From assembly GCA_050246755.1 (NCBI GenBank), contig JBFWVL010000001.1, positions 192,001 to 256,000 of the forward strand: DNA of 64,000 nucleotides, in the 5' to 3' direction. The translations under genes were made by a program, and so were the position numbers. Each line of letters opens with the position of its first letter. The stretch's first letter is position 1. A model generated the notes under the pieces. That model made no database searches and had not been told where the DNA came from. It was given only the letters and a program-made list of their open reading frames with translations. This document shows positions 29,981 to 39,204 of the stretch, in pieces. The stretch comes from Bacteriovoracia bacterium. Lineage in GTDB: Bacteria; Bdellovibrionota; UBA1018; CAIPTA01.

Positions 29981-30427
29981 ATGCCGGGCACTACCTTCGT
30001 TCCCTGCTCCAACTGCAATAAGCTCAATCGCGTGAACCTCACGCAGGCGAATGAGAAGGAACCGGTTTGCGGGCATTGCCGCACCACGCTTCCGCTTCAC
30101 TTCGGGGTGGTAGAGGTAAATGAACGTGGGCTAAAGGTACTCACCGAGAAAAGCTCACTGCCCGTGTTTTGCGACTTCTGGGCCCCCTGGTGCGGCCCCT
30201 GCAAAGCCTTTGCGCCAACCTTCCAGCAACTCGCGCTGCAATACGGTGGCCGCATTGTGTTCGCGAAACTAAATACGGAAGCCTATCCTATCGGTGGGCA
30301 GGCCCATCAAGTGCGCAGCATTCCCACTTTGATTTATTTTCAAGGCGGAATAGAGAAGGAGCGGCTCTCGGGGGCACTCCCCGCTTCCCACCTCACTCAG
30401 TGGCTCGACGCTAAATTATCTTCGTAG
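29981..30427 (+). CDS. trxC: Thioredoxin 2 (zinc-ribbon thioredoxin)
   Basis: CSNC...CGHC followed by DFWAPWCGPC and SIPTL. Confidence 0.9.
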   Translation: MPGTTFVPCSNCNKLNRVNLTQANEKEPVCGHCRTTLPLHFGVVEVNERGLKVLTEKSSLPVFCDFWAPWCGPCKAFAPTFQQLALQYGGRIVFAKLNTEAYPIGGQAHQVRSIPTLIYFQGGIEKERLSGALPASHLTQWLDAKLSS

Positions 30428-30431
30428 AAAT

Positions 30432-30472
30432 AAAAAAGCCTCTCGGTTTCCCGAGAGGCCCTTTTACTTTTT
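30432..30472. terminator. Bidirectional intrinsic terminator
   Basis: aaaaaa-gcctctcgg-tttc-ccgagaggc followed by T-rich tail. Confidence 0.8.
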
Positions 30473-30481
30473 CGGCTGCCG

Positions 30482-32275
30482 TTAGAGCCTGCCGCCGGTG
30501 AGCGCAGGTACGCTCATCGTGGTTCCGAACTGAACGGGATTGGTGAAACCGGCGCCGCCGTATCCAATCGATCCGCCGGTATAGTACGAACCCTGCATTT
30601 GTCCCATTACTTGTCCGTAACGATTCTGGGCCTCGCTCAGAGCTTGGGCCGCCACTTGTGCATCTTGGGCTAGCACTGCTTGCTGCTGAGCCTGGCGCAT
30701 CTGCGCCTGGGCCTGCAACTGCTGCTGTTGGTAGAATGCGCCCAGGCCGCCGCTATTGTACTGGCTGTTGATATTCGACATCCACGGATTATAGCCGCTT
30801 AGGCCTCCGTAGTTGTTCGTGTTGAAACCGTAGCCAGGGTTGGCGTAGGGATTCTGTACTCCTGGGTAACCGAAAGGCGATCCAGGAATTTGTCCCATGC
30901 CGGGGTAGCCGATTCCGGGGCTAGGGTAACCGCCGACTCCGGGATATCCTCCCGGAAAGCCGCCTCCCACGTAACCACCGCCGTAGCCGCCACCGGCGTA
31001 AGGCATCCCAATTCCAAACGGCGAGAAAGATCCACCCCCGTAAGGAACGCCGTAAGCTCCGCCACCTATCGGGCTAAATACGGAGCCAATACCAGCGCCC
31101 ATGGCGTACGGCATTCCGCCCATTGCGTAGGGAGCATAACCGCCGCCGCCCATCGCGAACGGACTAAATACGGAACCGATCCCCGCGCCCATCGCGTAGG
31201 GCATTCCCATGCCCATGGCATAAGGCATTCCGCCCATTGCGTAGGGAGCATAACCACCACCGCCCATCGCGAACGGACTAAATACGGAACCGATCCCCGC
31301 GCCCATCGCGTAGGGCATTCCACCCATCGCGTACGGCATCCCCATCATCCCGCCCATGGCATAGGGCATTCCAAATCCACCGCCGAAGCCACCACCGCCC
31401 ATCGCGAACGGGCTAAATACGGAGCCAATACCAGCGCCCATGGCGTACGGCATCCCCATGCCGAACGGCATTCCAAATCCACCACCAAAGCCACCGAAAC
31501 CGCCGCCGATTCCCACGCCGAAACCGCCGCCGCCGAAACCGCCATTGCCGCTTCCGTTCATGAACATAGAAGACATCATGGCCGGGCCAAGGAAGGAGCC
31601 CATCAAGCCCCCGTAGCCTTGCGGAGGAGCCGAGGGCAAGCCAAGCAAGGTATTGTTGGCGTTATAATAGCGATAATCGTTGCTCTGGAACTGCGCGCCT
31701 TTGTAGGCACCGTAGAGCCCCATGGCTCCAAGACCAAGCGGAGTGGCCGCTCTCAGCACGTCGGCGAAACCTTCCCAGCCGGATTTACCTTGCTGAGGAG
31801 GGCCTTTACGGCCGGAGCAATTTCCATCCGGGCAATCATCCGACTTTTTTTCGGGAGTGCTGCTGAGCCGTTCAATGGCGTCTTCGGCTTTCTCTATTTT
31901 TTCGCCGTACGTTTCGCGATCTTCTTTTGCCTCATTCAGGCGCCTCTTCAAAGCATCGCGCGTGTCTTTCGCCGAGTTATAGCGGCCTTCCCATTCGTCC
32001 AATTCGTATTTTTGCTTGGGATCAAAGCGTCCTTTCGTGCCGGGCTTAACCGCCGGGCGGGTCGCTTCGATTTGTTTTAATTCTTTTTCGGCTTTCGCGA
32101 GTTCACGCGCGGTTTCTCTCTCGTCTTTTTCTGCTTCTGCCTGCTTCTTCTCGAGCTTTTCCTTCTCTCGTTCTTTTCGAGAGATAGCAGCCTCGCGATC
32201 GGCAAACGCCAGCGTAGGAGTCATGGCTGGTGCCATAACCAAAGAGAGGATCAATGCATAAATGAGTCGCTTCAT
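30482..32275 (-). CDS. Secreted coiled-coil protein with long Gly/Met/Tyr/Pro low-complexity repeat region
   Basis: Signal peptide, charged coiled coil, CPDGNC, 9x PYAMG and 4x GAGIGSVFSP, Gln-rich tail; GGGAG RBS. Confidence 0.8.
   Translation of the reverse strand: MKRLIYALILSLVMAPAMTPTLAFADREAAISRKEREKEKLEKKQAEAEKDERETARELAKAEKELKQIEATRPAVKPGTKGRFDPKQKYELDEWEGRYNSAKDTRDALKRRLNEAKEDRETYGEKIEKAEDAIERLSSTPEKKSDDCPDGNCSGRKGPPQQGKSGWEGFADVLRAATPLGLGAMGLYGAYKGAQFQSNDYRYYNANNTLLGLPSAPPQGYGGLMGSFLGPAMMSSMFMNGSGNGGFGGGGFGVGIGGGFGGFGGGFGMPFGMGMPYAMGAGIGSVFSPFAMGGGGFGGGFGMPYAMGGMMGMPYAMGGMPYAMGAGIGSVFSPFAMGGGGYAPYAMGGMPYAMGMGMPYAMGAGIGSVFSPFAMGGGGYAPYAMGGMPYAMGAGIGSVFSPIGGGAYGVPYGGGSFSPFGIGMPYAGGGYGGGYVGGGFPGGYPGVGGYPSPGIGYPGMGQIPGSPFGYPGVQNPYANPGYGFNTNNYGGLSGYNPWMSNINSQYNSGGLGAFYQQQQLQAQAQMRQAQQQAVLAQDAQVAAQALSEAQNRYGQVMGQMQGSYYTGGSIGYGGAGFTNPVQFGTTMSVPALTGGRL
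31071..31453 (-). repeat. Intragenic coding repeats (PYAMG / GAGIGSVFSP)
   Basis: Four DNA copies of the GAGIGSVFSP block in two sequence variants. Confidence 0.85.
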
Positions 32276-32584
32276 AGTACGCTCCCGTGTCTCTGAAATG
32301 AGAGACTAACGATGGCTTAACGGAACTTTTTAAAGGGAAGTTTAGAGAAAGAGAGCGAAATTCGGATACCTAAGTCTCTTCCAATGAGACTTCCCACCTC
32401 CTTTAATTGTAGGGAGAAGATCCAAAACCGACAAGGGCGCTTATGGATAAAAAGAAGATTTTGCGCGCCGCAACGTACCTTTTTTCCGGTAAGGAACTCT
32501 CAGTCTGTGAGTTTTTACACGTTACCAGATGCAGCATAGATTTTGATGAAAATATTCATTCGTTATACTCACTACTTATCGCCA

Positions 32585-32600
32585 TGGCATAAAAACTGCT
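32585..32600 (+). promoter_or_regulatory. Sigma54 -24/-12 promoter
   Basis: TGGCATAAAAACTGCT (GG-N10-GC) about 56 nt upstream of the M4 protease gene. Confidence 0.6.
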
Positions 32601-32656
32601 CTCAGGGCGCGTTGGGTGAATTTGCGCCGCGTTAGTTCAAAGCCTAGGGGGAGTAG

Positions 32657-34249
32657 ATGAAAATAAAAATCGCACTATTCTGTTTGAGCCTATTTGGCCT
32701 CCCATCCTACGCGGCCTCTTTCGGGGCTTCGGTAGAAACCGGTAAAATTTACATTAACGGCCAATGGCTTGTCGCACAAAGCGCTGCCCTTTCTCCTAAC
32801 GCTGGCCAAAGCAATGCGATTATGTCTGGTATGGGCGCGGGCGTCGGCACCGACCTTCGTAAAAGTGCCCTAAATTTCCTGAATGGGAACGCCGCTCTAC
32901 TCCACTTGAATGCAGCTTCTTCCTGGGGCACCTCGGCGATTCAAAAAGGGAACGAGATCGAAACTCATCGCATCGGAAAAATTTGGCGCGGCCTTCCCGT
33001 GGTGGGCGGAGAAGCCCTCGTGCACTTTGCCCAGGGAAAAGTTCTCTTCGCAAACGCGGATGCCACGGAACTCGACCACCTTAGCAATCTTCCTCGCCTC
33101 AGCTCGATCGAAGCGCGCAATCTGGCTTTTGCCTCTTATTCCGGCTCGGCGGTGGCCACCGATCTCCCGAAGCTGGAAGTACTGATCTTAGAAAACGCTT
33201 CGTCGACCCGCGAAGCGCGCCTGGTATACGAGGTAACCGTGCACGACCGGGATGCTTTCGGCAGCGACGTTCACTTCATCGATGCGAATCGCGGCGATGA
33301 AGTGAAGGTGCGCTCGAATGTTCACACCCTTGCCCCACGTATTGTGCTGGGTGGCGCGGGTAACGAAACGGATTTCGACTTCGATGCCTCACGCTGGAAG
33401 CCCATCTACGCGGAACAAGGAGCCTGCAATCAGCCGGTCGCCAGCTGGTGGAATAGCGCCAATGCCATTCTCACCAGCGACGGCTCTCCGGTTGCCTGCG
33501 AGAACGTCGATTCTCGCAAACTCGCTTCAGCCAAGGCAGCATGGAACAACGCCGGCCAAGTTTACGAGTACTATCGTAGCGCCCATAACCGGAACTCGAT
33601 CGACGATCACGGGATGCAGATCGTATCTATCGCAAATTTCGGTGGCGAAAAATTCGCCAATGCCGCCTGGTACGTGGACAAGAAAGTTATGCTCTACGGC
33701 TATGGCGACGGCGTTAATTACTACGATTTTGCGGCCCCTCTCGACGTAGCCGGACACGAAATCACTCATGGCATTACCTCGGCCACCGCCGCCCTGGAGT
33801 ACTCCGATGAGCCGGGGGCGCTAAACGAAAGTTACTCCGACGTATTCGGCAAGCTAATCGCCTTTAAAAATGGGAAGCCCAGCGATTGGACCATTGGGCG
33901 CGAGCTCTACCGCGACGGGGTGAGCTTCGTGCGGGATATGGACCATCCGGAGATCGGCCACTATCGCGACTACCAATTTCGGGGGGAGCTCTGCAATCGC
34001 CTCAACGATTTCTGCGGAGTGCATTCCAACTCCGGCATCCCCAGCAAGGCCGCGGTATTGCTCGCCCGGAAAATCGGGCTAGAAAAGCTAGGCAAAATCT
34101 ACTACCTCACGCTCACGCAGCTCCTGCGCTCGAATTCGAATTTTCGTGATGCAAAGGCCCAAACGGAAGCCGCCTGCTCCTCGCTCTATGGCGCAAATTC
34201 TCCCGATTGCCGGGCGGTGCGCACGGCCTTTGAATCCGTAGGAATTTAG
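32657..34249 (+). CDS. M4-family (thermolysin-like) secreted metalloprotease
   Basis: Signal and FTP/PepSY propeptide, NAAW, GHEITHG, GALNESYSD, VHSNSG. Confidence 0.95.
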   Translation: MKIKIALFCLSLFGLPSYAASFGASVETGKIYINGQWLVAQSAALSPNAGQSNAIMSGMGAGVGTDLRKSALNFLNGNAALLHLNAASSWGTSAIQKGNEIETHRIGKIWRGLPVVGGEALVHFAQGKVLFANADATELDHLSNLPRLSSIEARNLAFASYSGSAVATDLPKLEVLILENASSTREARLVYEVTVHDRDAFGSDVHFIDANRGDEVKVRSNVHTLAPRIVLGGAGNETDFDFDASRWKPIYAEQGACNQPVASWWNSANAILTSDGSPVACENVDSRKLASAKAAWNNAGQVYEYYRSAHNRNSIDDHGMQIVSIANFGGEKFANAAWYVDKKVMLYGYGDGVNYYDFAAPLDVAGHEITHGITSATAALEYSDEPGALNESYSDVFGKLIAFKNGKPSDWTIGRELYRDGVSFVRDMDHPEIGHYRDYQFRGELCNRLNDFCGVHSNSGIPSKAAVLLARKIGLEKLGKIYYLTLTQLLRSNSNFRDAKAQTEAACSSLYGANSPDCRAVRTAFESVGI

Positions 34250-34260
34250 ATTTACGGCAC

Positions 34261-34305
34261 AAATAGAAAGAGCCGATTGCGGAACGCATCGGCTCTTTCT
34301 ATTTT
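34261..34305. terminator. Bidirectional intrinsic terminator
   Basis: aaatagaaagagccgattgc...gcatcggctctttctatttt. Confidence 0.88.
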
Positions 34306-34316
34306 AAGGATTTCTT

Positions 34317-34778
34317 CTAGTGGAGTTTTGCGCGGCGGAAACCGGCAATGGTGCCCACGATCGTGCGCTCCAATACCAGGTCTTCGGCGAAAACTTCTTC
34401 TACGAACTTCGACTTCATGAAGTACTGGATCAAACGATCGGCAGTATACTTCACGGGCTCCTGGAAATAGAGACCATCTACTTCATTCTCGCCGTAACGG
34501 GAGAGCCAAGACTGCTTCAAGGTGCGGTACGCCTCGCCACCGGAAAGACGAAGCTCGTCGAGCATTTCGTTTTTCTCGCCGATCGAGCCCAAAACATTCT
34601 TTTCCATGTCTTCTTGGGTAAGAACGTGGGGGGCAAGAAAGCGAGCGAGGTCTTCGCAGAGCTCGGCTCTTTGCTCGCGGGAAATGGCGATCATCTTTTG
34701 CGATTCAAGCCGACGCACTACGCTCTGCGCGAGCAGCTTGATTGTTTCAAAATTGGTGCCCTTGCTTGGTGTCTTCAT
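34317..34778 (-). CDS. DUF507-like hypothetical protein
   Basis: Duplicated helical module ending VEEVFAEDLVLE; ATGA overlap with the murJ stop. Confidence 0.55.
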   Translation of the reverse strand: MKTPSKGTNFETIKLLAQSVVRRLESQKMIAISREQRAELCEDLARFLAPHVLTQEDMEKNVLGSIGEKNEMLDELRLSGGEAYRTLKQSWLSRYGENEVDGLYFQEPVKYTADRLIQYFMKSKFVEEVFAEDLVLERTIVGTIAGFRRAKLH

Positions 34779-36418
34779 GAACTGGCCTTGCGGTGTATTA
34801 ATCGTTTCCATATATACTCTTGAATTCGCTCCAGTTCGCGCAACCCCAGTAGCCTGCCCGCCAAACCATAACTAAGTACGCCAATGGCGAGTGCTAGGAG
34901 CAGAAAAAGGAGATGCGCAAGAAAGTTAGCTTTAACCCACGCCCCCGTCAAGGGAATTGGTCCCAGCGGCGTCAACCCAACCAAATGCATGATAATATAG
35001 ACAAATATAGCCATAAAGAGCGAAGCGCCTAGTGCGGCAAACAAGCAGCGCAGCAGATCTCTAAATTGGATTTGTTTTAAATGCCGGCTAAGCACCCATA
35101 GCAGAGTGAGCGCGTTAAAAATCGCCGCAAACGACATTGCCAATGCGAGCCCCTGAAACCCCATCGGACCGATCAAAGCGTACGAGAGAGAAACGTTCGC
35201 CACCACGCTCACCCCGCTGGAAAAAATCGCCGAGCGAGAACGCCCCAAACTGTAAAGAATCGGCACCATTACCCGCACCGCCGAATAAGCCGTAAGGCCT
35301 AGCGCATAGGCCGCCAGGGCCTGCGCGGTAGCGATCGTATCTTCGGCCCCAAAGCGGCCATGCTGATAAATTACCGAAATAATGGGAGTGCCAAGCACAG
35401 CTAAACCAACGGCGCTGGGCACCGTCAGCACAATCACCATCCGCAGAGCATCCCGCAGAGACTTCTCTACCGATTCGAAATCGCTTTTGGCCACCTCGAA
35501 GGAAACCCTGGTAAGTGTCGCGGTCGAAATCGCCACGCCAAAGACACCTATCGGAAATTGCATCAGGCGAAAAGCGTAGTACAGCCAAGAAACGGGGCCA
35601 TTTCCCAGGCTAGCTGCGAGCACGGAATTCACCAGAATATTAATTTGCGTGGCCGCCAAGCCGAAGGTTCCGGCCCCCATCAATAGCACCATCCGCTTAA
35701 GGGCAGGATCTTTCAGATCGAGCAACGGACGGTAGCGAAATCCTTCCCGGCGTAAAGCCGGCACTTGCACGATCCACTGGGCTAGCCCGCCCAAAGTGGC
35801 GCCAATAGCCCATCCGTAAATGGCCGGCCAACCCATGAAATACGCCACCAGCGGACAAATCGTGAAAGCCGAAAGTGTGCTTACCACATTGAACAGCGTG
35901 GGGGCCAAAGCAGGCGTTCCATAGCGATCGCGTGCATTAAGAATTCCCATCCAAACTGCGGCCAGCACCACTAGGGGAAGAAAAGGCCAAAGAATCCGGG
36001 TCATCGTAACGGCCATTTCGTGCTTGCCCGGCACCTCATGGAAAGCAGGCGCATAGAGCGAAACCAAGGGGCCTGCAAAAATAATCCCGAGGACGGCTAC
36101 GGCAGTGAGCACGATGGCCAGGGTGGTGACCACATTGGAAACGAGCCGCCAGGCCCTTTCTTCTCCGTTCTCGTGCTTAAGTCGCGCATACACCGGCACC
36201 AAAGCCGAGCTCATTGCGCCTTCGGCAAAGAGGTCTCGCAGCAAGTTGGGGATGCGGAAGGCGATCTGAAAAGCGTCGGTGGCGGCATTGGCTCCGAAAT
36301 AGAAGGCAAAAACCTGCTCGCGCACTAAACCCAAAATCCGCGAAAGAAAGGTGGCGGACGCGATCAGGCTGGTAGCCCCATAAAATCCGGCCTTTTTTTG
36401 CTCTTTTTGCGGCTTCAT
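34775..36418 (-). CDS. murJ: Lipid II flippase MurJ
   Basis: SRILGLVRE, DAF.IAFRIPNLLRDLFAEGA, RLMQFPIG; about 14 TM segments. Confidence 0.97.
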   Translation of the reverse strand: MKPQKEQKKAGFYGATSLIASATFLSRILGLVREQVFAFYFGANAATDAFQIAFRIPNLLRDLFAEGAMSSALVPVYARLKHENGEERAWRLVSNVVTTLAIVLTAVAVLGIIFAGPLVSLYAPAFHEVPGKHEMAVTMTRILWPFLPLVVLAAVWMGILNARDRYGTPALAPTLFNVVSTLSAFTICPLVAYFMGWPAIYGWAIGATLGGLAQWIVQVPALRREGFRYRPLLDLKDPALKRMVLLMGAGTFGLAATQINILVNSVLAASLGNGPVSWLYYAFRLMQFPIGVFGVAISTATLTRVSFEVAKSDFESVEKSLRDALRMVIVLTVPSAVGLAVLGTPIISVIYQHGRFGAEDTIATAQALAAYALGLTAYSAVRVMVPILYSLGRSRSAIFSSGVSVVANVSLSYALIGPMGFQGLALAMSFAAIFNALTLLWVLSRHLKQIQFRDLLRCLFAALGASLFMAIFVYIIMHLVGLTPLGPIPLTGAWVKANFLAHLLFLLLALAIGVLSYGLAGRLLGLRELERIQEYIWKRLIHRKASS

Positions 36419-36476
36419 GCCCCAAAGTTTATAGTAAATGATCGAATTTAAACACCTTTTGCCCCAACTATAATAA

Positions 36477-36505
36477 TTGACTACTTTACTGTACTACGTT
36501 AAAAT
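36477..36505 (+). promoter_or_regulatory. Sigma70 promoter of the glt-like cluster
   Basis: TTGACT-N17-TAAAAT. Confidence 0.7.
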
Positions 36506-36513
36506 TGTTAATA

Positions 36514-36810
36514 ATGATTAACTCTTTTTCTCGCAAGCAGCTAAGCCGGGGCCGGATCGTGAGTGCGATTCTTGCCCTCCTGCTTTGCCCATTTTTCGCC
36601 GCCACCGCGAATGCCGAGAAAGCTCCCCGCTATAAGAAAAATACGGTGGTGGATTTCGAGGGCGCCCTGGTGGAAGGGAAAAGCCGTAAACCCTATTCGG
36701 CCTATCTCACCCAGCAAAAAGAGAGTGCCTTCTCCGACCTAAACCAATGGCAGCCCGACATCGGCAAAAGCCTAAAAGACTCCCGCGAAAGACTAGATAA
36801 ATCCTTATGA
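36514..36810 (+). CDS. CglF/GltF-like small secreted protein
   Basis: Signal peptide; YKKNTVVDFEGALVEG..RKP motif. Confidence 0.65.
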   Translation: MINSFSRKQLSRGRIVSAILALLLCPFFAATANAEKAPRYKKNTVVDFEGALVEGKSRKPYSAYLTQQKESAFSDLNQWQPDIGKSLKDSRERLDKSL

Positions 36811-38447
36811 GCAAAGCCATGGCCATAAACGAAAAAGAAAAATCGAGGGCATTGCGCCTTCAGGCCGAGCTGTTCGAAGAAAACGGGCAAAGCTTAGGCT
36901 CCTACGTAACCGAGGGCCAGGATAAACTCATCGTCGGCAGCTCGAAGCGCGCCGATCTCGTGGTCCCCCACGCCGCCGTTTCGCAAATTCACGCCATGCT
37001 GCGGATCATGAACGACGACCATATCGTGCTTTACGATTTAGGCTCCGAGCGCGGGACTTTTGTTTCCGGCCAGAAAATCATCGAGCGCAAGCTTCAGCAA
37101 GGTGAATTCTTCGAAATCGGCAGCCACCGCGTAAAAGTAAATATTCTCGATTTAGATAGCGAGAAGTTCGGCACCGAGCGCAGCCTGTTCTGGCAGGCCG
37201 ACTGCGGCGGCACTCCCGACTTCCTGGAAACCGTGCACATCCAAAGCGGCATCGTGCAGGACGAGCGCACCCTCGCGAAGAACGGCCGCATTCACTTCGG
37301 CCGCCGGAAATCGGAAATCATCTTCGACGGCGTGAAGCCCGGAGACCGTTTCGTAAATCGCAAAGACAACGGCGGCAGCGGCACCGTGGAGTGCTTCCTT
37401 CCTCCAGGCTATAAAGCCGAAGTATACGACGGCGAAAACGAACTGGTGCGCGTGATCGAGCAAGAAAGTTCGCTTTTTACCTTCAACGCCAAAGAAAAGG
37501 CTCGCCTATTCTCCGCAAACGACGCGGAAGTATTGCTCTTTTGGCGCCAGCAAGGCCTCCGCGGAAAACGCCTCTCCGCCGACGCGGAAAGTCCTGCCCT
37601 CCAGCGCGCCTACCTTGTCTGCTTCACGCTCGCCGCACTCGTGCTCGCCTTCATCAGCTACGTGCCGCTGAAGAAAGAAGTAGTGGAAGAAGCCGTGACG
37701 CCGAAAACCTCTTACTTCCGCATGTCGATGGAATCGGCTCCTAGCCAGCAGGCCGCGGAAAGCCAGGCTTCGGAATCGCAGGCCCCCCAACAAAGCCAGC
37801 CCGCCTCGAAGGCCGCGAGCATCAGCAATTCTCTCAGCAAGCTCCTAAACAAGAAAAGTGCGGTTTCGGCCGAATCCATCCAGCAGGCGATCAGCCAGAA
37901 CGGCCATCAGACCGTTCGCTCCAATGTTCAGAATTCCAATCTTAAGAGCCAGGAGATCGCCAGTGGATCGATCGGCGGCAGCGGCGCGAATATGAACGCC
38001 ATCAGCGCGGGCCTAAGCTCCGGCGCCGGAGCGAAAGCCGGATCCCTAAACGGTTTCGCTAGTGGAAAAGGCGCTACCGTGGGCGGATCGGGAGGCTTCG
38101 GCGGCAAAGGCTTCAGCATGAACCTAGGCGGCGATGAAGCGGAAGCCATCGGTGGCCTCGATAAATCCCTCATCGCGGCGGTGGTGCAGGCGAACATCGG
38201 CCAGATCAAGCACTGCTACGAGCGTCAGCTCATCGTGGACCCGAATATCTTCGGTAAGATCGTGGCCCAATGGACCATTAATAAAGACGGACTGGTTAGC
38301 ACCACTGGCGTAAAAAAGACTACAATGAATAACGCTTCCGTAGAAAACTGCATTCTAGGTAAAATTAAAAACTGGGAGTTCCCGAAACCGAAGGGTGGCG
38401 GACAGGTAGTAGTAAGCTACCCGTTCCTCTTCAAGTCGCTGAACTGA
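36807..38447 (+). CDS. GltG/PglI-like protein: FHA domain, TM helix, AgmX/PglI (TonB-C-like) C-terminus
   Basis: VSQIHA..DLGSERGT FHA; GGLDK..I..VV..IKHCYE..FPKPKGG..V.YPF. Confidence 0.88.
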   Translation: MSKAMAINEKEKSRALRLQAELFEENGQSLGSYVTEGQDKLIVGSSKRADLVVPHAAVSQIHAMLRIMNDDHIVLYDLGSERGTFVSGQKIIERKLQQGEFFEIGSHRVKVNILDLDSEKFGTERSLFWQADCGGTPDFLETVHIQSGIVQDERTLAKNGRIHFGRRKSEIIFDGVKPGDRFVNRKDNGGSGTVECFLPPGYKAEVYDGENELVRVIEQESSLFTFNAKEKARLFSANDAEVLLFWRQQGLRGKRLSADAESPALQRAYLVCFTLAALVLAFISYVPLKKEVVEEAVTPKTSYFRMSMESAPSQQAAESQASESQAPQQSQPASKAASISNSLSKLLNKKSAVSAESIQQAISQNGHQTVRSNVQNSNLKSQEIASGSIGGSGANMNAISAGLSSGAGAKAGSLNGFASGKGATVGGSGGFGGKGFSMNLGGDEAEAIGGLDKSLIAAVVQANIGQIKHCYERQLIVDPNIFGKIVAQWTINKDGLVSTTGVKKTTMNNASVENCILGKIKNWEFPKPKGGGQVVVSYPFLFKSLN

Positions 38448-38454
38448 GAATTTT

Positions 38455-39204
38455 ATGAAAACCTTGGCATTAATAACCATGTTTGCGCTTTCGGCCAGCG
38501 GCCTCTCGCTCGCCGCCGAAGTACCGCAGCCTAAAGCCGACGATGCCAAAAAAGCAGAACCCGAAAAGAAAACGGAAGCCGTAGACATTTCCGACCTCGA
38601 AGAAAACTACTGGCGCCCCAATCAAGACGAGCTGGAAGTTCTGCAGAACCGCCGTTACGAAAAAGCCGGCCGCTTCGAACTCGGCGTGCACTACGGAATT
38701 TACCAGGGCAAAGATTACGTGAACTCGAAGTCCACGGGCGCATCCCTAACGTACAACCTCAGCAACGAATTTTTCTTGGAAGTCTCGCAGCACAAAACCT
38801 CCAACGAAGATAATGAGTTCCTGAACGCAGTCCGCAATCGCTACGGCTTCACCCCGGATTTCAATCGCGAATCGCAACAGACGGTACTTGCGGCCGGATG
38901 GACGCCGATTTACGCAAAGTTCAGCCTGCTCGGCAAAAAAATTAGCCACTTTGAAATGTACTTTGCGCCAGGAATCGGACGCACCAAAACCCTCGAAAAT
39001 CACCTGAGCGGCCACTTCACGATCGGCCAGAAATTCTATATCACCGACCATATTCTGTTCCGCTTGGAATGGCGCATGAGCCGCTACACCGACCGCATCA
39101 TCACTACCCAAGGGGCCACTTCCACGGCCAACGGGGGCCCCGGCTACGTGGACCAGGCCGACACCACCCACAATATTATTTTTGGCCTAGGCTGGATGTT
39201 CTAA
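38455..39204 (+). CDS. Outer membrane beta-barrel domain protein (GltA/B-like)
   Basis: VLQNR..KAGRFEL, WTPIYAKFS, terminal GWMF. Confidence 0.82.
   Translation: MKTLALITMFALSASGLSLAAEVPQPKADDAKKAEPEKKTEAVDISDLEENYWRPNQDELEVLQNRRYEKAGRFELGVHYGIYQGKDYVNSKSTGASLTYNLSNEFFLEVSQHKTSNEDNEFLNAVRNRYGFTPDFNRESQQTVLAAGWTPIYAKFSLLGKKISHFEMYFAPGIGRTKTLENHLSGHFTIGQKFYITDHILFRLEWRMSRYTDRIITTQGATSTANGGPGYVDQADTTHNIIFGLGWMF

Noticed and set aside
30890-32080. 396-aa plus-strand ORF
   Set aside because: Antisense shadow of the repetitive Gly/Met gene; starts at TTG and has no recognisable features
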